The notes under the pieces: model-generated | What the model saw: only the letters and a program-made list of their open reading frames with translations | What the model was told of the DNA's origin: nothing | The model's database searches: none | Shown here: positions 30,832 to 41,050 of the stretch, one piece after another | Numbering within the stretch: position 1 is the stretch's first letter | Layout of the letters: each line of letters starts with the position of its first letter | Made by a program: the position numbers and the translations under genes | Origin: an uncultured Trueperaceae bacterium | GTDB taxonomy: Bacteria > Deinococcota > Deinococci > Deinococcales > Trueperaceae | Direction of reading: 5' to 3' | NCBI GenBank assembly: GCA_963799485.1 | Contig: CAWCXJ010000006.1 | Coordinates: forward strand, 32,001-96,000 | Length of the DNA stretch: 64,000 bases

Positions 30832-31713
30832 TCACACCACCCAGCGCCGCTGAATGCGGAAATACACAAGCGTCAGGACGAAGATGATCAGCGCCAGCAC
30901 GATAGCTTGGGCGCTCGCTTGGCCCATGCGGAAGTAGTTGAAGCCGTTGCGGTAGATGGTAAAAACCAGGGTCGGGGTGGTGGAGCCACCGCTCGAGGTG
31001 CGCGTCAGGATATAGATGTATTCAAAAACCTGAAACGCGTTGATGGTCGAAATCACCGCCTGAAAAAAGATGCTCGGGACGATTAAAGGCAAGGTAACGT
31101 TGGTGAGCCGTTGCCACCCGCTTGCCCCGTCGAGTTTGGCGGCTTCGTAGTAATCACGTGGGACTGCTTGCAGTCCGGCTAAGAAGATAATCATCCCTTC
31201 ACCGATTGCACCCCAGATATTGACGACCGTGACCGAATAGAGCGCCATATCGCGGCCCAGCCAGCGCACCGGACTACCGCCCAGAGACGTGATGAGGGTG
31301 TTTAACAGCCCGTTGTCTTGCGCGTAAATCCACGTCCACAAAAGCCCGATGGCCACCGACGACGAGATGACCGGCAAAAAGAACAACACCCGAAAAAAGC
31401 TGACGCCGCGAATTTTACGGTTTAGGAGCAGCGCCACGATAAGCGACAAGACGATGACGCCGGGCACGTACATGGCGGCGAACTGCGTGGTGATGCGTAA
31501 GGACTGCAAAAAGAGCCGGTCGGTCGGCAGCGCCAGATAGTTTTGCAACCCGGCCCACGTCGGCGGCGTTAAGAGGTCCCACTCGAGCAAGCTGATAGCA
31601 GCGCTCGCTACAACCGAGCCGACCGCGCCGAACAGAAGCCCCAAGAGCGTCGGTGCGAGCAAGAGGAGCAGCCAGAGCCGCTCACGTCCCAGAGGTTTAA
31701 TCCCGCTCTGCAT
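30832..31713 (-). CDS. Carbohydrate ABC transporter permease (MalF type)
   Basis: GLQNY, FLAGLQAVP..YYEAAKLDGA, MGQASA. Confidence 0.9.
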   Translation of the reverse strand: MQSGIKPLGRERLWLLLLLAPTLLGLLFGAVGSVVASAAISLLEWDLLTPPTWAGLQNYLALPTDRLFLQSLRITTQFAAMYVPGVIVLSLIVALLLNRKIRGVSFFRVLFFLPVISSSVAIGLLWTWIYAQDNGLLNTLITSLGGSPVRWLGRDMALYSVTVVNIWGAIGEGMIIFLAGLQAVPRDYYEAAKLDGASGWQRLTNVTLPLIVPSIFFQAVISTINAFQVFEYIYILTRTSSGGSTTPTLVFTIYRNGFNYFRMGQASAQAIVLALIIFVLTLVYFRIQRRWVV

Positions 31714-31762
31714 CGTGCCCTCTCGTACCTAAAGTGCTGTAATAGCCTGTCAACGTCAGCAG

Positions 31763-33010
31763 CTACTGATTGGCGGCTAACACGTCGTCGGCAAGTGGAA
31801 CGAGTTCTTCTAACGCTTCGTCAATGCTCATATCGCCCGACCAGACGAGCGCTAACGTGTCACCGACCGCCGCCGACCACTCGCCGTAACCCCGAAACGA
31901 GGGTTTGGGGACGGCGTAGTCCAAAGCGTCCAGGTACACCTGCTGATTGACGGTGCTGCCCTCTTGATTCAAGAACACCGGACTCCGGGCAACGGACTCC
32001 AAAACCGGAATCGCAAAGCCGAGTTCAGCCAGACGTTTCTGACCTTCCGGCCCGACCGCGTACTTGACGAACTTCCAGGCGGCGTCGGCGTTCGGTGAGG
32101 CGTCGGCAACGACGAACCCGGCACTGTTGACACTCGTCGCACGTCCCTTACCACTTGCCGGAAACGCCGCCACATCGAAGTTGATACCCTGCGCGGTGTA
32201 TTCCGGCACGCTCCAGTGCCCGATGGTGGTCATCGCGGCGCGACCGGCTAAAAACATGTCGTAACCGTACTGCTCGGCCTGACCCGTGGTCGGCACTGAG
32301 CCGTCTTCAAACATCATGTCGCTCATCATCTGCCACACACCCACTGCCGGGCCTTTAGCCAAAAGCGTCTCGGTGTAGTCGTCACTGATGACTTGCCCGC
32401 CCGCGCCCCAGATGGCTGGCCCCCAGAACAGCTCCATGTCGTAAAAGTCGGCCCAAAAACCCCACTGGTCGGTGGTGCCGTCGCCGTTGGTATCGGCAGT
32501 AAGCTTTTGGGCGGCTTCACGCATGTCTGTGAGCGTCCAGTCGTCGGTGGGGTAGTCTACACCCGCTGCGCCGAACATATCTTTGTTGTAGTAGAGCACG
32601 ATGGTCTGAAAATCCCGGGGCAAACCGAAGTAGCCCTCAGGGGTTTCGTAGGCTTTAAGCGTCACCGGGTACACGCCCTCCAGCACGCCGGGATCGGCGT
32701 CCAGATAAGGTTGCAGGTTTTTGAGGACGCCCCTCGACTGCCAATCCGGGTAAAGCGGCGCGTCCATGGCGAACACGTCGGGCGGTGTGCCTCCGGCAAA
32801 AAGCGTTTGAAGCTTGTTAAAGTACGCGTCCCAGTCGCTCACGTCTACCTTGACTTTGATATCCGGGTTCGCCTGATTGAACTCGTCGGCAATCGTCTGC
32901 CAGACGCCCAGCTCTTCGGGTGAACCCCAGGCCATAAAGGTGAGGTTGGTCTGTGCCAAGGCACTACCGGCGAACAGTGAGAAAACGAGTGTAAGAAGTC
33001 CTTTTTTCAT
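31763..33010 (-). CDS. Sugar ABC transporter substrate-binding protein
   Basis: Signal peptide ALA-Q; PPDVF, LYYNKDMF, AAWKFVKY. Confidence 0.9.
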   Translation of the reverse strand: MKKGLLTLVFSLFAGSALAQTNLTFMAWGSPEELGVWQTIADEFNQANPDIKVKVDVSDWDAYFNKLQTLFAGGTPPDVFAMDAPLYPDWQSRGVLKNLQPYLDADPGVLEGVYPVTLKAYETPEGYFGLPRDFQTIVLYYNKDMFGAAGVDYPTDDWTLTDMREAAQKLTADTNGDGTTDQWGFWADFYDMELFWGPAIWGAGGQVISDDYTETLLAKGPAVGVWQMMSDMMFEDGSVPTTGQAEQYGYDMFLAGRAAMTTIGHWSVPEYTAQGINFDVAAFPASGKGRATSVNSAGFVVADASPNADAAWKFVKYAVGPEGQKRLAELGFAIPVLESVARSPVFLNQEGSTVNQQVYLDALDYAVPKPSFRGYGEWSAAVGDTLALVWSGDMSIDEALEELVPLADDVLAANQ

Positions 33011-33082
33011 CTTTGCCTCCTAGAAATGTGGCGCTGGCTGATGAAGCATGAGCTGCGGTCGGTTAGGTCATATGCGGCCCCC

Positions 33083-33966
33083 TTACAGCTTCATCCCGCT
33101 CATGGTGATGCCTTCAATCAAAAACCGCTGAGCGAACACGAACACGATGACCATCGGCAAGGTGGAGAGCGTCGCCGCCGCCATCATCACCGCGAAATTG
33201 CTGACAAACTGCCCCTGAAAGTAGGCGATACCGACCGAAAGCATCTGCATGTCGGTCGAGTTGGTGATGATAAGAGGCCACAAAAAGTCGTTCCACGACC
33301 AGAGCGTAACCAGCACGCCGAAGGCCACCATAATCGGGCGCGAGAGCGGCAGGGCGACGTGCCAGAAGACTTGCAGCGGGTTGCAACCCTCCAAAACTGC
33401 TGCGTCGATGAGGTTTTGCGGCAACGACAGGTAAAATTGCCGCAATAAAAAGGTGCCGAAAGCGCTGAACAAACTCGGGACGATGAGCCCCTGGTACGAG
33501 TCGAGCCAGCCCAGATACTTGAGGAGGATGTAGTTGGGCGCCAGCGTGACCTGCCCCGGCACCATCATCACCGCGAGGACACCGAAAAAGAGCAGGTTGC
33601 GCCCTGGAAACTTCAGACGGGCGAAGGCGAAGGCGGCGAGCGCAGCAAAGAAGACCTGACCTATCACCCGCGCCACCGTCACGATAATGGTGTTGAGATA
33701 AAAGCGCCCGAAGGGAACCTGCTCGAAGACCTCACGATAGTTTTGCCAGTGCCACGCTTCGGGCCAGAAGGTCGGCGTGGCGCTCAAGACCTCCATCTGT
33801 CCCTTGAGCGAGGTCGCCATCATCCAGATAAAGGGGACGAGCGCGGTGATGCCCGCTACGATCAAAGCGAGGTGCAGCAAGCCGAAACGGGCGTGGTTGC
33901 CGAGCCGACGGCGGCGGAACTCGAGTCCCCCCTGGGTTTGACGTTTGTTGTCCGAACCGATTGCAC
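33083..33966 (-). CDS. Carbohydrate ABC permease (MalG type); start uncertain, possible N-terminal frameshift
   Basis: DAAVLEG loop, WNDFLWPL, FLIEGI; the N-terminal 100 aa of the track ORF belong to the upstream permease region. Confidence 0.8.
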
Positions 33967-33975
33967 ACGCCCCCC

Positions 33976-34877
33976 TTATTCGTAATGAACCCAGCGCCTT
34001 TGCAACCGCAGCTGTACGGCGGTCACGACCAAGATAACGGCGAACAAAATCCAGGCGATCGCGGTCGCCTGACCCATCCGAAAAAACCGAAAGCCCTTCT
34101 TCGTAAATCAGGTAAACAACGGTGCGGAGCGTGTCCGACGCGCGTCCGGCGGTCATCGCGTACACCACATCGAAAACCTGAAACGCGCTGATTAGCGACG
34201 TAACGGTTACAAAAAACATTGTTGGACTCAGGAGCGGCAGCGTCACATAAAGGAAAGCGGTGCCAACCGGTCGCCCCATCGATTTGCGCCGCCTCGTAAT
34301 ACTCTTTGGGGATGTTTTGTAGCCCCGCCAGAAAGATAATCATGCCGTAGCCCGAGCCCTGCCAGACCGAGAGAGGCACGAGTGACGGGCATGGCGAAGT
34401 CCGGGTCGGTCAGCCATTTGATGCGGGGGCCACCGAAGAGCCCCAAGCAGCTGATTGAAAAGCCCGAAATCCGGGTTGTAAATCCAGTTCCAGACCACCC
34501 CGATGGCGACGGGCATGGTCAGGACGGGCAGAAAGAAAACGAGGCGGTAGAGGTTGCGAAAACGCAAGTCGGTGTTGAGCGCAACTGCCAGCACCAGCGA
34601 CACGAGGACGCCGATAGGGACGCTCAGCAGAGTGTAGTAGGTGGTGTTCAGGAGCGCGCGCCGAAAGGTGGCGTCGGCGAAGAGGGTGCGGTAGTTTTCC
34701 AAACCCACCCAGACTTGGGTGAGTTCAGTACGTCCCACCGGTCAGGCTGACGAAAAACGACGCGCCCAGGGCCAGGTAAAAGAACACGCCGAGACCCAGT
34801 GACCAGCGGTGCAATCATCAAATAGCCCCACATGGCCTCGAGACGGGCCTTTTTCTCCTTCTCGCGTTGAGCGCCAT
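33976..34877 (-). pseudogene. Carbohydrate ABC permease (MalF type) with several frameshifts
   Basis: Fragments WGYLMIAP / VGLENY...FFLPV...FGLFNQLL / [22 protein letters not shown] / [12 protein letters not shown]...FQVFD lie in different frames. Confidence 0.8.
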
Positions 34878-34965
34878 ACGACTCCCTTGCACCCTGAGCA
34901 ATCTTGAAAAACTGAGGAACAAGGTGAAAAAAGCTTTATGCCCCTTTTACCTTATTGCTACTGCT

Positions 34966-36180
34966 TTACTGATTCAATACGGCGTCCGCGGCAGCGGCGG
35001 CGCGCTGGCAGGCTCCGCCGATCGGCACGTTACCGTTCCAGACTTCGCCTAGAACCTCGACCACTTTGGTCTTCCACTCGCTCCCTTGCGCCGTCGTCGG
35101 ATAGGGTACGGCGTAGTCGGTCGCGTCCATGAAGACCTGTAAGTTCATCTCCGGAATCGACTCGACCCAGGCGTCTTGAAAGCCGTTATAGGCCGGGATG
35201 ACCGTACCGGACTTCGCCAGAAAGCTCGCGGCCTGGTCACTGCCCAAAAACTTGACAAATTCCCACGCTGCGTCGGGGTTTTGGGTCTTCGACCATACGA
35301 CGTTGCCGAGGCCGTGAATGATGCTGGCACGTTTCACTTGTTTGGGTAATGGGGCTACGTCGATATTCGGTTCAGCGTCGGCGTAGGTTTTCGCCATCCA
35401 CGAGCCGTCGGCAAGCATCCCGACGCGACCACCGGGAAAAAGCTGCGTTTGCGGGCTGATCGACGACATCGTTGCGCCGTCCGGCGACAGGCCGTCTGCA
35501 CAAAGCTGTAGAGGTAGTCGATAGCGTCGCAAGCGGCACGCTCGCCTACCTAAAACTTTGGTGCCGTCTTCGTTTATGACCTGCCCGCCGTTTTCATAGA
35601 TGAAGTTCCAGTAGCCTTCGCTGATCGGACGTCGTCGAGGCAAAGCCCCAGTTGCCGTCTTTGGTCAGGGTTTGCGCGGCGCTTTCAGGTCGTCCCAGGT
35701 CCAGTCGGCGGTCGGGTAGTCGAGCCCGGCTGCGTCGAACAGGTCTTTGTTGTAGTAAAGCGCGATGGTGTCGAAATCTTTGGGCAGACCGTAAAGGTCG
35801 CCGTCCAGACTGTAGAGGTTGACGAGCGCCTCGGGATAGACGGAAGTGTCGAGCGCGTCGGACATTACCCGGTCTTGCAGGTTCATGATTACACCGTTAG
35901 AAGCGTATACGGGGAAGTTCGGGCCGTTCATCCAGAACACGTCGTAGGCTTCGCCGCCCGCGACGGCGGTTTGCAGTTTGTCCCAGTAGTTGCCCCACGG
36001 CACCACCTGAATATCGACCTTGATGTCCGGGTTCTCCGCCTCGAACGCCGCCGCAATCTGTTCATGAACGGGGAGCTGATTGTTGTCCCAGATGGCGTAA
36101 GTGATGGTCGTTTGCGCGGACGCTGCCGTAAAACTTGCCGTAAAAACCAAAAACCCGAAAAGTGCGAAAAGCCGTTTCAT
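34966..36180 (-). pseudogene. Sugar ABC substrate-binding protein with frameshifts
   Basis: ORFs 35665-36180 (signal peptide, LYYNKDLF) and 34966-35643 (AAWEFVKF) form one SBP; paralogous to 31763-33010. Confidence 0.8.
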
Positions 36181-36229
36181 CTTTGACCTCCTGTAGAGAT
36201 GGTGTGAAGCGCGGGGCGGTTAAAGGGGG

Positions 36230-37276
36230 TTACTCGAGCATCACGACCGCCTCCAGATTGTTGGGCCTGTCCGGGTTCAGACCCTTGGCGAGCGAACGGT
36301 GAAATGCCAGCAGTTGCACGACCGGAAGATAAAGGGGGTTTCGCATGGTCTCAGGTATATCCGAACCGAAGGTAATGTCGGCGTCGGTCTCAGCCAGGGT
36401 CAAAATCTGTGCGCCACGCGTTTGCATCTCTTCTAGCACAGCACGCTCTTGACTACTGTTGGTGTCGGAAACGAGTCCGACTATCAGCGCTGCGTCCGTC
36501 ACCATCGACTGCGGGCCGTGGCGAAACTCCAAGAAGTGAAACGGTTCGCTGTGGCTTAAGGTCATCTCTTTCATTTTGAGACTCAGCTCACACGCGAGCC
36601 CGTAACGGGGGCCGGAGCCGAGAAAGTAAAAACGCTCGAGGCCCAAATCTCGACCCAAACGCTCAGCCAGCGGCGCGTAGTCGCTCAGCAACCGGGTACA
36701 TACGTCGGGCAAGTCACGCAGGGCCGCAGCAGTTCGTGCCCAGTGGTGCGCTAAAAAGACAGCCGCCAGATAGAGCGTGCTGAAAGCCCTGGTTTGCGCG
36801 ACACTTTTTTCCTGACCGGCCGAAAGTACCAGATTGAGATCACCGAGCGAGGCCAGTGCCGCTTCCGGGTAACAGCTGAGCGTAAGTGTTTCGCCTGTAC
36901 CCTTTGCTTTGAAACTCTCCACGGCGCGCACGGTTTCGGTCGTCGTTCCCGAACGGCTGACGGCGATCAGCAGGGTTTTTGCGTCCGCCCGGTACGCCGA
37001 CGCCGGATAGAGCCACACTTCGGAAGCGGGTAAGGCGCGCGCCCGTACCCCGGTCAGTTCCTGCACGAGCGCCGCTGCTGCCAGTGCCAGATAGTACGTC
37101 GAACCGCAACCGGTGAAGATGACCTCAGCAAAGGACTGTGGCTCAAAACCCGTGAGCGTCTCGGTACGTGCGCCCAAATACGTGAGCGTCTCCCGCCACG
37201 CCCCCGGTTGCGACATGATTTCTGTAAAGGTATACGCGCCCGGTTTGTTCTCACCCGTCATGACTTGCCCCGTCAT
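36230..37276 (-). CDS. SIS-domain phosphosugar isomerase/deaminase (AgaS/GlmS-like)
   Basis: EIMSQP, GCGSTY, SRSGTTTE, E.SVAQT, LKMKE, EFRHGP, NPDRPNNL. Confidence 0.85.
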   Translation of the reverse strand: MTGQVMTGENKPGAYTFTEIMSQPGAWRETLTYLGARTETLTGFEPQSFAEVIFTGCGSTYYLALAAAALVQELTGVRARALPASEVWLYPASAYRADAKTLLIAVSRSGTTTETVRAVESFKAKGTGETLTLSCYPEAALASLGDLNLVLSAGQEKSVAQTRAFSTLYLAAVFLAHHWARTAAALRDLPDVCTRLLSDYAPLAERLGRDLGLERFYFLGSGPRYGLACELSLKMKEMTLSHSEPFHFLEFRHGPQSMVTDAALIVGLVSDTNSSQERAVLEEMQTRGAQILTLAETDADITFGSDIPETMRNPLYLPVVQLLAFHRSLAKGLNPDRPNNLEAVVMLE

Positions 37277-38382
37277 CTTTGCTCCTCTATTGTTGCTGCC
37301 TGACTCGCCTGATTTGATATTGGCTCTGATGTCTGCGAACGCAAAACAAGGCGCTCGGCGTTGCTGAAATAGACCTTTTGCAAAACCTCATCGGGCAAGT
37401 AGAGCCCGTAGGCGTACCAGCGGCCTTGCTGCGGCACCTCGCTCAGATTGTAGTTGACGTATTCGTCGTCGGTCTCGAGCAGCCGGTAGTAGAGCCGGTA
37501 CGTCTCAGGCTCGGCGTCGGCGTCGGTGCCGAACAAGATGCGGTCTTGGTAGCGGATAAAAAAACGCCGTGCGCTATAGGGTTGACGCCCCAACTCGCCC
37601 AGGCGGGCGCTGATATCGACGTAAAAGTTCGAGCATTCGTCCAAAAGCGCCCCGACCCAAGCCAGGTTTTCGGCGTAGCAGCCGACGTGCGCGCCGATAA
37701 AAGTCGTGTCCTTGTGCCGCCGCACGAGGTTGGCGAAGTCTTCTATAATCGCCGTAAAACTCGGAAACGGCGGGCTCGGAAACCTCCAGTCGGGCTCAGC
37801 GTGCAGCTCTTCCCAGCGTTCGTTATGTGCGTCTAACGGGTCGAAAAAAGCTACCGGGTCGGCGACGTGGATGATGACCGGCACCTTCAACTCGCCGACG
37901 GTTTCCCAAAGCGGGACGAGTCGCTCATCGTCTACGGCGACGAGTTCACCGTGCTGGTCTTTAACTTGGAGGCCGAACGGTTTCCAGATTTTGAGCCCGC
38001 CTGCGCCCCGCGCGACCTGTTGCCGAAAGCGCTCTGCGGCCCACGTACCGAAGGCGTCGCCGTGTTCGGGCCAGCGCGACCAGTCCACGCCGCCGAAATG
38101 GACGAAGCGCTCGGGCGCACGCTCCTTAAAATGCGCTAAATGCCGGTCTAAAATCCCTTCGCCCCAACCGCCGTCCAAATCCACGACCGTTTTGACGTGA
38201 GCTGCCTCGAGTGCACCCAAAAGTTCTGCTATGGGTTTGTCCAACCACTCACCGCCAAACTTTGAACCCAGATGGATATGTGCGTCGATAACGGGAAAAC
38301 GCGGCGTGTCAACTTGCGTCGTCTTCACCACAAGCTTGGGCCTCGGTTTGAACTCGCTCAGGTAGATATCTCGCTCAGCCAC
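37273..38382 (-). CDS. Amidohydrolase family protein (Amidohydro_2)
   Basis: IDAHIH, GLK, IHVAD, GAHVG, DISAR, LFGTD; GTG start after AAAGGA. Confidence 0.8.
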   Translation of the reverse strand: MAERDIYLSEFKPRPKLVVKTTQVDTPRFPVIDAHIHLGSKFGGEWLDKPIAELLGALEAAHVKTVVDLDGGWGEGILDRHLAHFKERAPERFVHFGGVDWSRWPEHGDAFGTWAAERFRQQVARGAGGLKIWKPFGLQVKDQHGELVAVDDERLVPLWETVGELKVPVIIHVADPVAFFDPLDAHNERWEELHAEPDWRFPSPPFPSFTAIIEDFANLVRRHKDTTFIGAHVGCYAENLAWVGALLDECSNFYVDISARLGELGRQPYSARRFFIRYQDRILFGTDADAEPETYRLYYRLLETDDEYVNYNLSEVPQQGRWYAYGLYLPDEVLQKVYFSNAERLVLRSQTSEPISNQASQAATIEEQR

Positions 38383-38681
38383 AGCTGACAGTCCTTTCGC
38401 CGTAAAAATTGCCGTAAAATCGCTACGAATGTCCGAATTCAACGTTGATGAAGCGTATGACTGCGGTTTAGCAGCGCGCCAGCAAGGTGATATAGAGAGC
38501 GGTTTGCTTCGCTGTTGTCAGCGTAGAGCGAGCCGTAAGGTGCGGGCAAGGGGAGCGTTGAGCACTTTTCGCCGGTTCGCTCAGCGTAGGAGATTTAACC
38601 CAACTTTTATGTTTGCCTGAGCGTTCTCTAAACAGTGGCCCGAATCGGCCGTAAAGTACCGTAAAGTTTTGAGAGGTGAAG

Positions 38682-39476
38682 TCAACCGGATATGTCGGTG
38701 TTTTGCAGGCTTGGGGCGCACTCGAGCGTCAGCCCCGCCGCCCCGAGCTGCGCCGACCACTTGGCGCTCAAACCTTCGTCGGTCAAGAGGCGTTCGGCAG
38801 CTGCGAGCGGCGCAAACTTGGCGAGCGTTTTTTGCCCGACTTTGCTGTGATCGGCGACGACAATCGCCCGCGCCGAAACGCCCAAAAAAGCCCGGGCAAT
38901 CGCGCTCTCGTGATGGTCGCGCATCGAAAAACCGAAGTCCGGTGTGACGCCGCTGCAGCCCACAAAACAGAGGTCGAGCCGGTACTCTTGCAGGGTGTAG
39001 CCGACCATCTCACCGACGAGTTCATACGAGTAGGAGTTGAGCGTCCCGCCGGTGACGATAACCTTGGTCAGGCTGTGGTTGTAGAGTTCGGTGGCGACGT
39101 TGATAGCGTTCGTGACGACCGTAATCGGTTTGCCGCGCAGCCAGCGTGCGAGTTCGGTGCAGGTCGTCCCACCCGATAAGCCGACCACCATCCCCTCACA
39201 TACATGTCTGCTCGCCGCCGCTGCAATCGCGCGTTTTGCCGCCGCTTCTTTGGCTGCGGCAACCTTGAAATCTTCCAAGTAGCGCACCGGCGACCGCACC
39301 CGCGCCCGACCCCAAACCCGCTCAATCAAGCCGCGCCTTTCTAACGCGGCGAGGTCACGGCGCACGGTAGCAGGTGAAATACCGAGCAACAGGGCGATGT
39401 CGCCCGCTTTCAACTCGCCCCGGTGCAACACGAGGTCGTGAATCCGCCTCTGGCGTTCGCGGCTGCGGGAGTCCAT
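38682..39476 (-). CDS. DeoR/GlpR (AgaR-like) transcriptional regulator
   Basis: HTH SPATVRRDL; GGTT, VVTN, ADHSK. Confidence 0.9.
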   Translation of the reverse strand: MDSRSRERQRRIHDLVLHRGELKAGDIALLLGISPATVRRDLAALERRGLIERVWGRARVRSPVRYLEDFKVAAAKEAAAKRAIAAAASRHVCEGMVVGLSGGTTCTELARWLRGKPITVVTNAINVATELYNHSLTKVIVTGGTLNSYSYELVGEMVGYTLQEYRLDLCFVGCSGVTPDFGFSMRDHHESAIARAFLGVSARAIVVADHSKVGQKTLAKFAPLAAAERLLTDEGLSAKWSAQLGAAGLTLECAPSLQNTDISG

Positions 39477-39683
39477 GAAATGAGGCCAGTGTAGCGCAAA
39501 AGCCTGCGTCCGTGGTGCGGCACCAGCGAATTCGGCTGCTACGCTCAATATGAAGCTCCAAAAATCCAAAAACGAGCGTTTTGTACCTGCTACGAACGCC
39601 TCGAGTAAATCCGGTCGGCAAAAGAATTTGGGGCTGGCGGGCTAAAAAATACCCGAAAACACCCTGGCGTATCCGGGCTCTGG

Positions 39684-39712
39684 TTGACAAGCTCAGACAG
39701 TTGCGCTACAAT
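39684..39712 (+). promoter_or_regulatory. Sigma70-type promoter of the lacI-xylan operon
   Basis: TTGACA (39684-39689), 17 bp, TACAAT (39707-39712). Confidence 0.75.
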
Positions 39713-39713
39713 T

Positions 39714-39729
39714 TTGCAAACGGTTGCAA
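39714..39729. promoter_or_regulatory. LacI-family operator, copy 1
   Basis: Near-palindrome TTGCAAACGGTTGCAA with central CG, over the predicted transcription start. Confidence 0.75.
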
Positions 39730-39815
39730 GAACACTTTTGTAAGACTGACCAAAGAGGGCCGAAGTCCCGGTTTTGGCCTCATCAGCGGTAGCTGCACAA
39801 GCCTCGATACTTTTT

Positions 39816-39831
39816 TTGCAAACGGTTGCAA
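39816..39831. promoter_or_regulatory. LacI-family operator, copy 2
   Basis: Identical 16-mer just upstream of the lacI RBS. Confidence 0.75.
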
Positions 39832-39840
39832 GGGAGACAG

Positions 39841-40893
39841 ATGTCGAACGGCGTGACAATCAGGGATATCGCAAGGCTGTCCGGCGTCTCTTACTCGACG
39901 GTCTCACGCGCGCTCAGCGGCGTAGACAAGGTCAAAGAGAGCACGTATGTGAGGGTACTCGAGGCCGCTAACGAACTCGGTTACATCGTCAACCGTCAGG
40001 CGCGGAGTTTAGCGGGCGGGAACCATCAGGTCATCGGGGTGTTGCTGCACGGTCTGGAAAGCGACTACTTCGGTCAGATTCTAAAAGGCGTCGATGAAGC
40101 GCTGGCCCAAGCCGACTTTGAAATGATGCTCTTTACGACGCACCGGCGTAAGAACAGAGAAGTGGGCTACGCAACAAAGATGATGAGCGGCCTGACCGAC
40201 GGACTGCTGATCGTCTCACCGGTAGGGCAACAAGACTACATCCGCAACCTCCAGGAAAAAGCGGTGCCCTTTGTACTCGTCGATGTCGGCGCTGCAGACG
40301 AAGGCGTCACGGTCAGTGCGACCAACGCCAAAGGTGCCTACGACGCCACTTGCTACCTATTGGAGTTGGGGCATCGGCGGATCGGCTTCGTTACGGGCAA
40401 CCTCGACTTGCCCGTCGCTGTTCACCGCCTCGAGGGGTATCAAAGGGCGTTAGGGGCGTTTGCCGTACCCTTTGACGACCGCCTGGTTCAAGAAGGCGAT
40501 TTTGTACAAGAGCGCGGGCGTGAAGCGGCCCTCGAGCTGCTCGGGCGTAAACCCAGACCGACCGCGATTTTCGCCTCGAACGACGAATCTGCGTTCGGGG
40601 TGCTCGAAGCGGCGGCGTCCATGGGGGTCGCTGTACCGGACGAACTCTCGGTGGTCGGCTTCGACGACCTGCCTATCTCCAAACACGTGACCCCCAAGCT
40701 CACCACGGTGCGGCAACCACTCCGCGAGATGGGCAACGTCGCCGCAAAGCTGCTGCTGGGGCAACTCCGCCTTGGTCAACCCCCTGTTTCCGTACAGCTC
40801 CCTACCGAGCTGGTGCTCCGCGCCTCATGTGCCCCGGTAGCTCAGGCACACCGAGACATAACTGCACCGGTGACTTCAGCAGGGAGGCTCTAA
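39841..40893 (+). CDS. LacI family transcriptional regulator
   Basis: TIRDIARLSGVSYSTVSRAL, ARSL hinge, GHRRIG, VVGFDD, LTTVRQP. Confidence 0.93.
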   Translation: MSNGVTIRDIARLSGVSYSTVSRALSGVDKVKESTYVRVLEAANELGYIVNRQARSLAGGNHQVIGVLLHGLESDYFGQILKGVDEALAQADFEMMLFTTHRRKNREVGYATKMMSGLTDGLLIVSPVGQQDYIRNLQEKAVPFVLVDVGAADEGVTVSATNAKGAYDATCYLLELGHRRIGFVTGNLDLPVAVHRLEGYQRALGAFAVPFDDRLVQEGDFVQERGREAALELLGRKPRPTAIFASNDESAFGVLEAAASMGVAVPDELSVVGFDDLPISKHVTPKLTTVRQPLREMGNVAAKLLLGQLRLGQPPVSVQLPTELVLRASCAPVAQAHRDITAPVTSAGRL

Positions 40894-41050
40894 GTGTAAG
40901 AGATACCTGCAAGGCATAAAAGTTTGGGCGCGCCCAACGTTTCCCCTAGGGCAAGACGAGTGGCCTGCGCCGTTACAAAAAGCTCTAAAACTGTTTTTAG
41001 GCTGTGCGGCACGACGCCGACAAAGGCGCGTGACCAGGAAAGGACATACC

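Noticed and set aside
32478..32495. DTNGDG calcium-binding-like loops in two SBPs (also near 41579-41596)
   Set aside because: Common Dx[DN]xDG insert in sugar SBPs; not unusual
33967..34279. Apparent fused double permease (track ORF 33083-34279)
   Set aside because: Explained by frameshifts in the upstream permease running into the downstream frame
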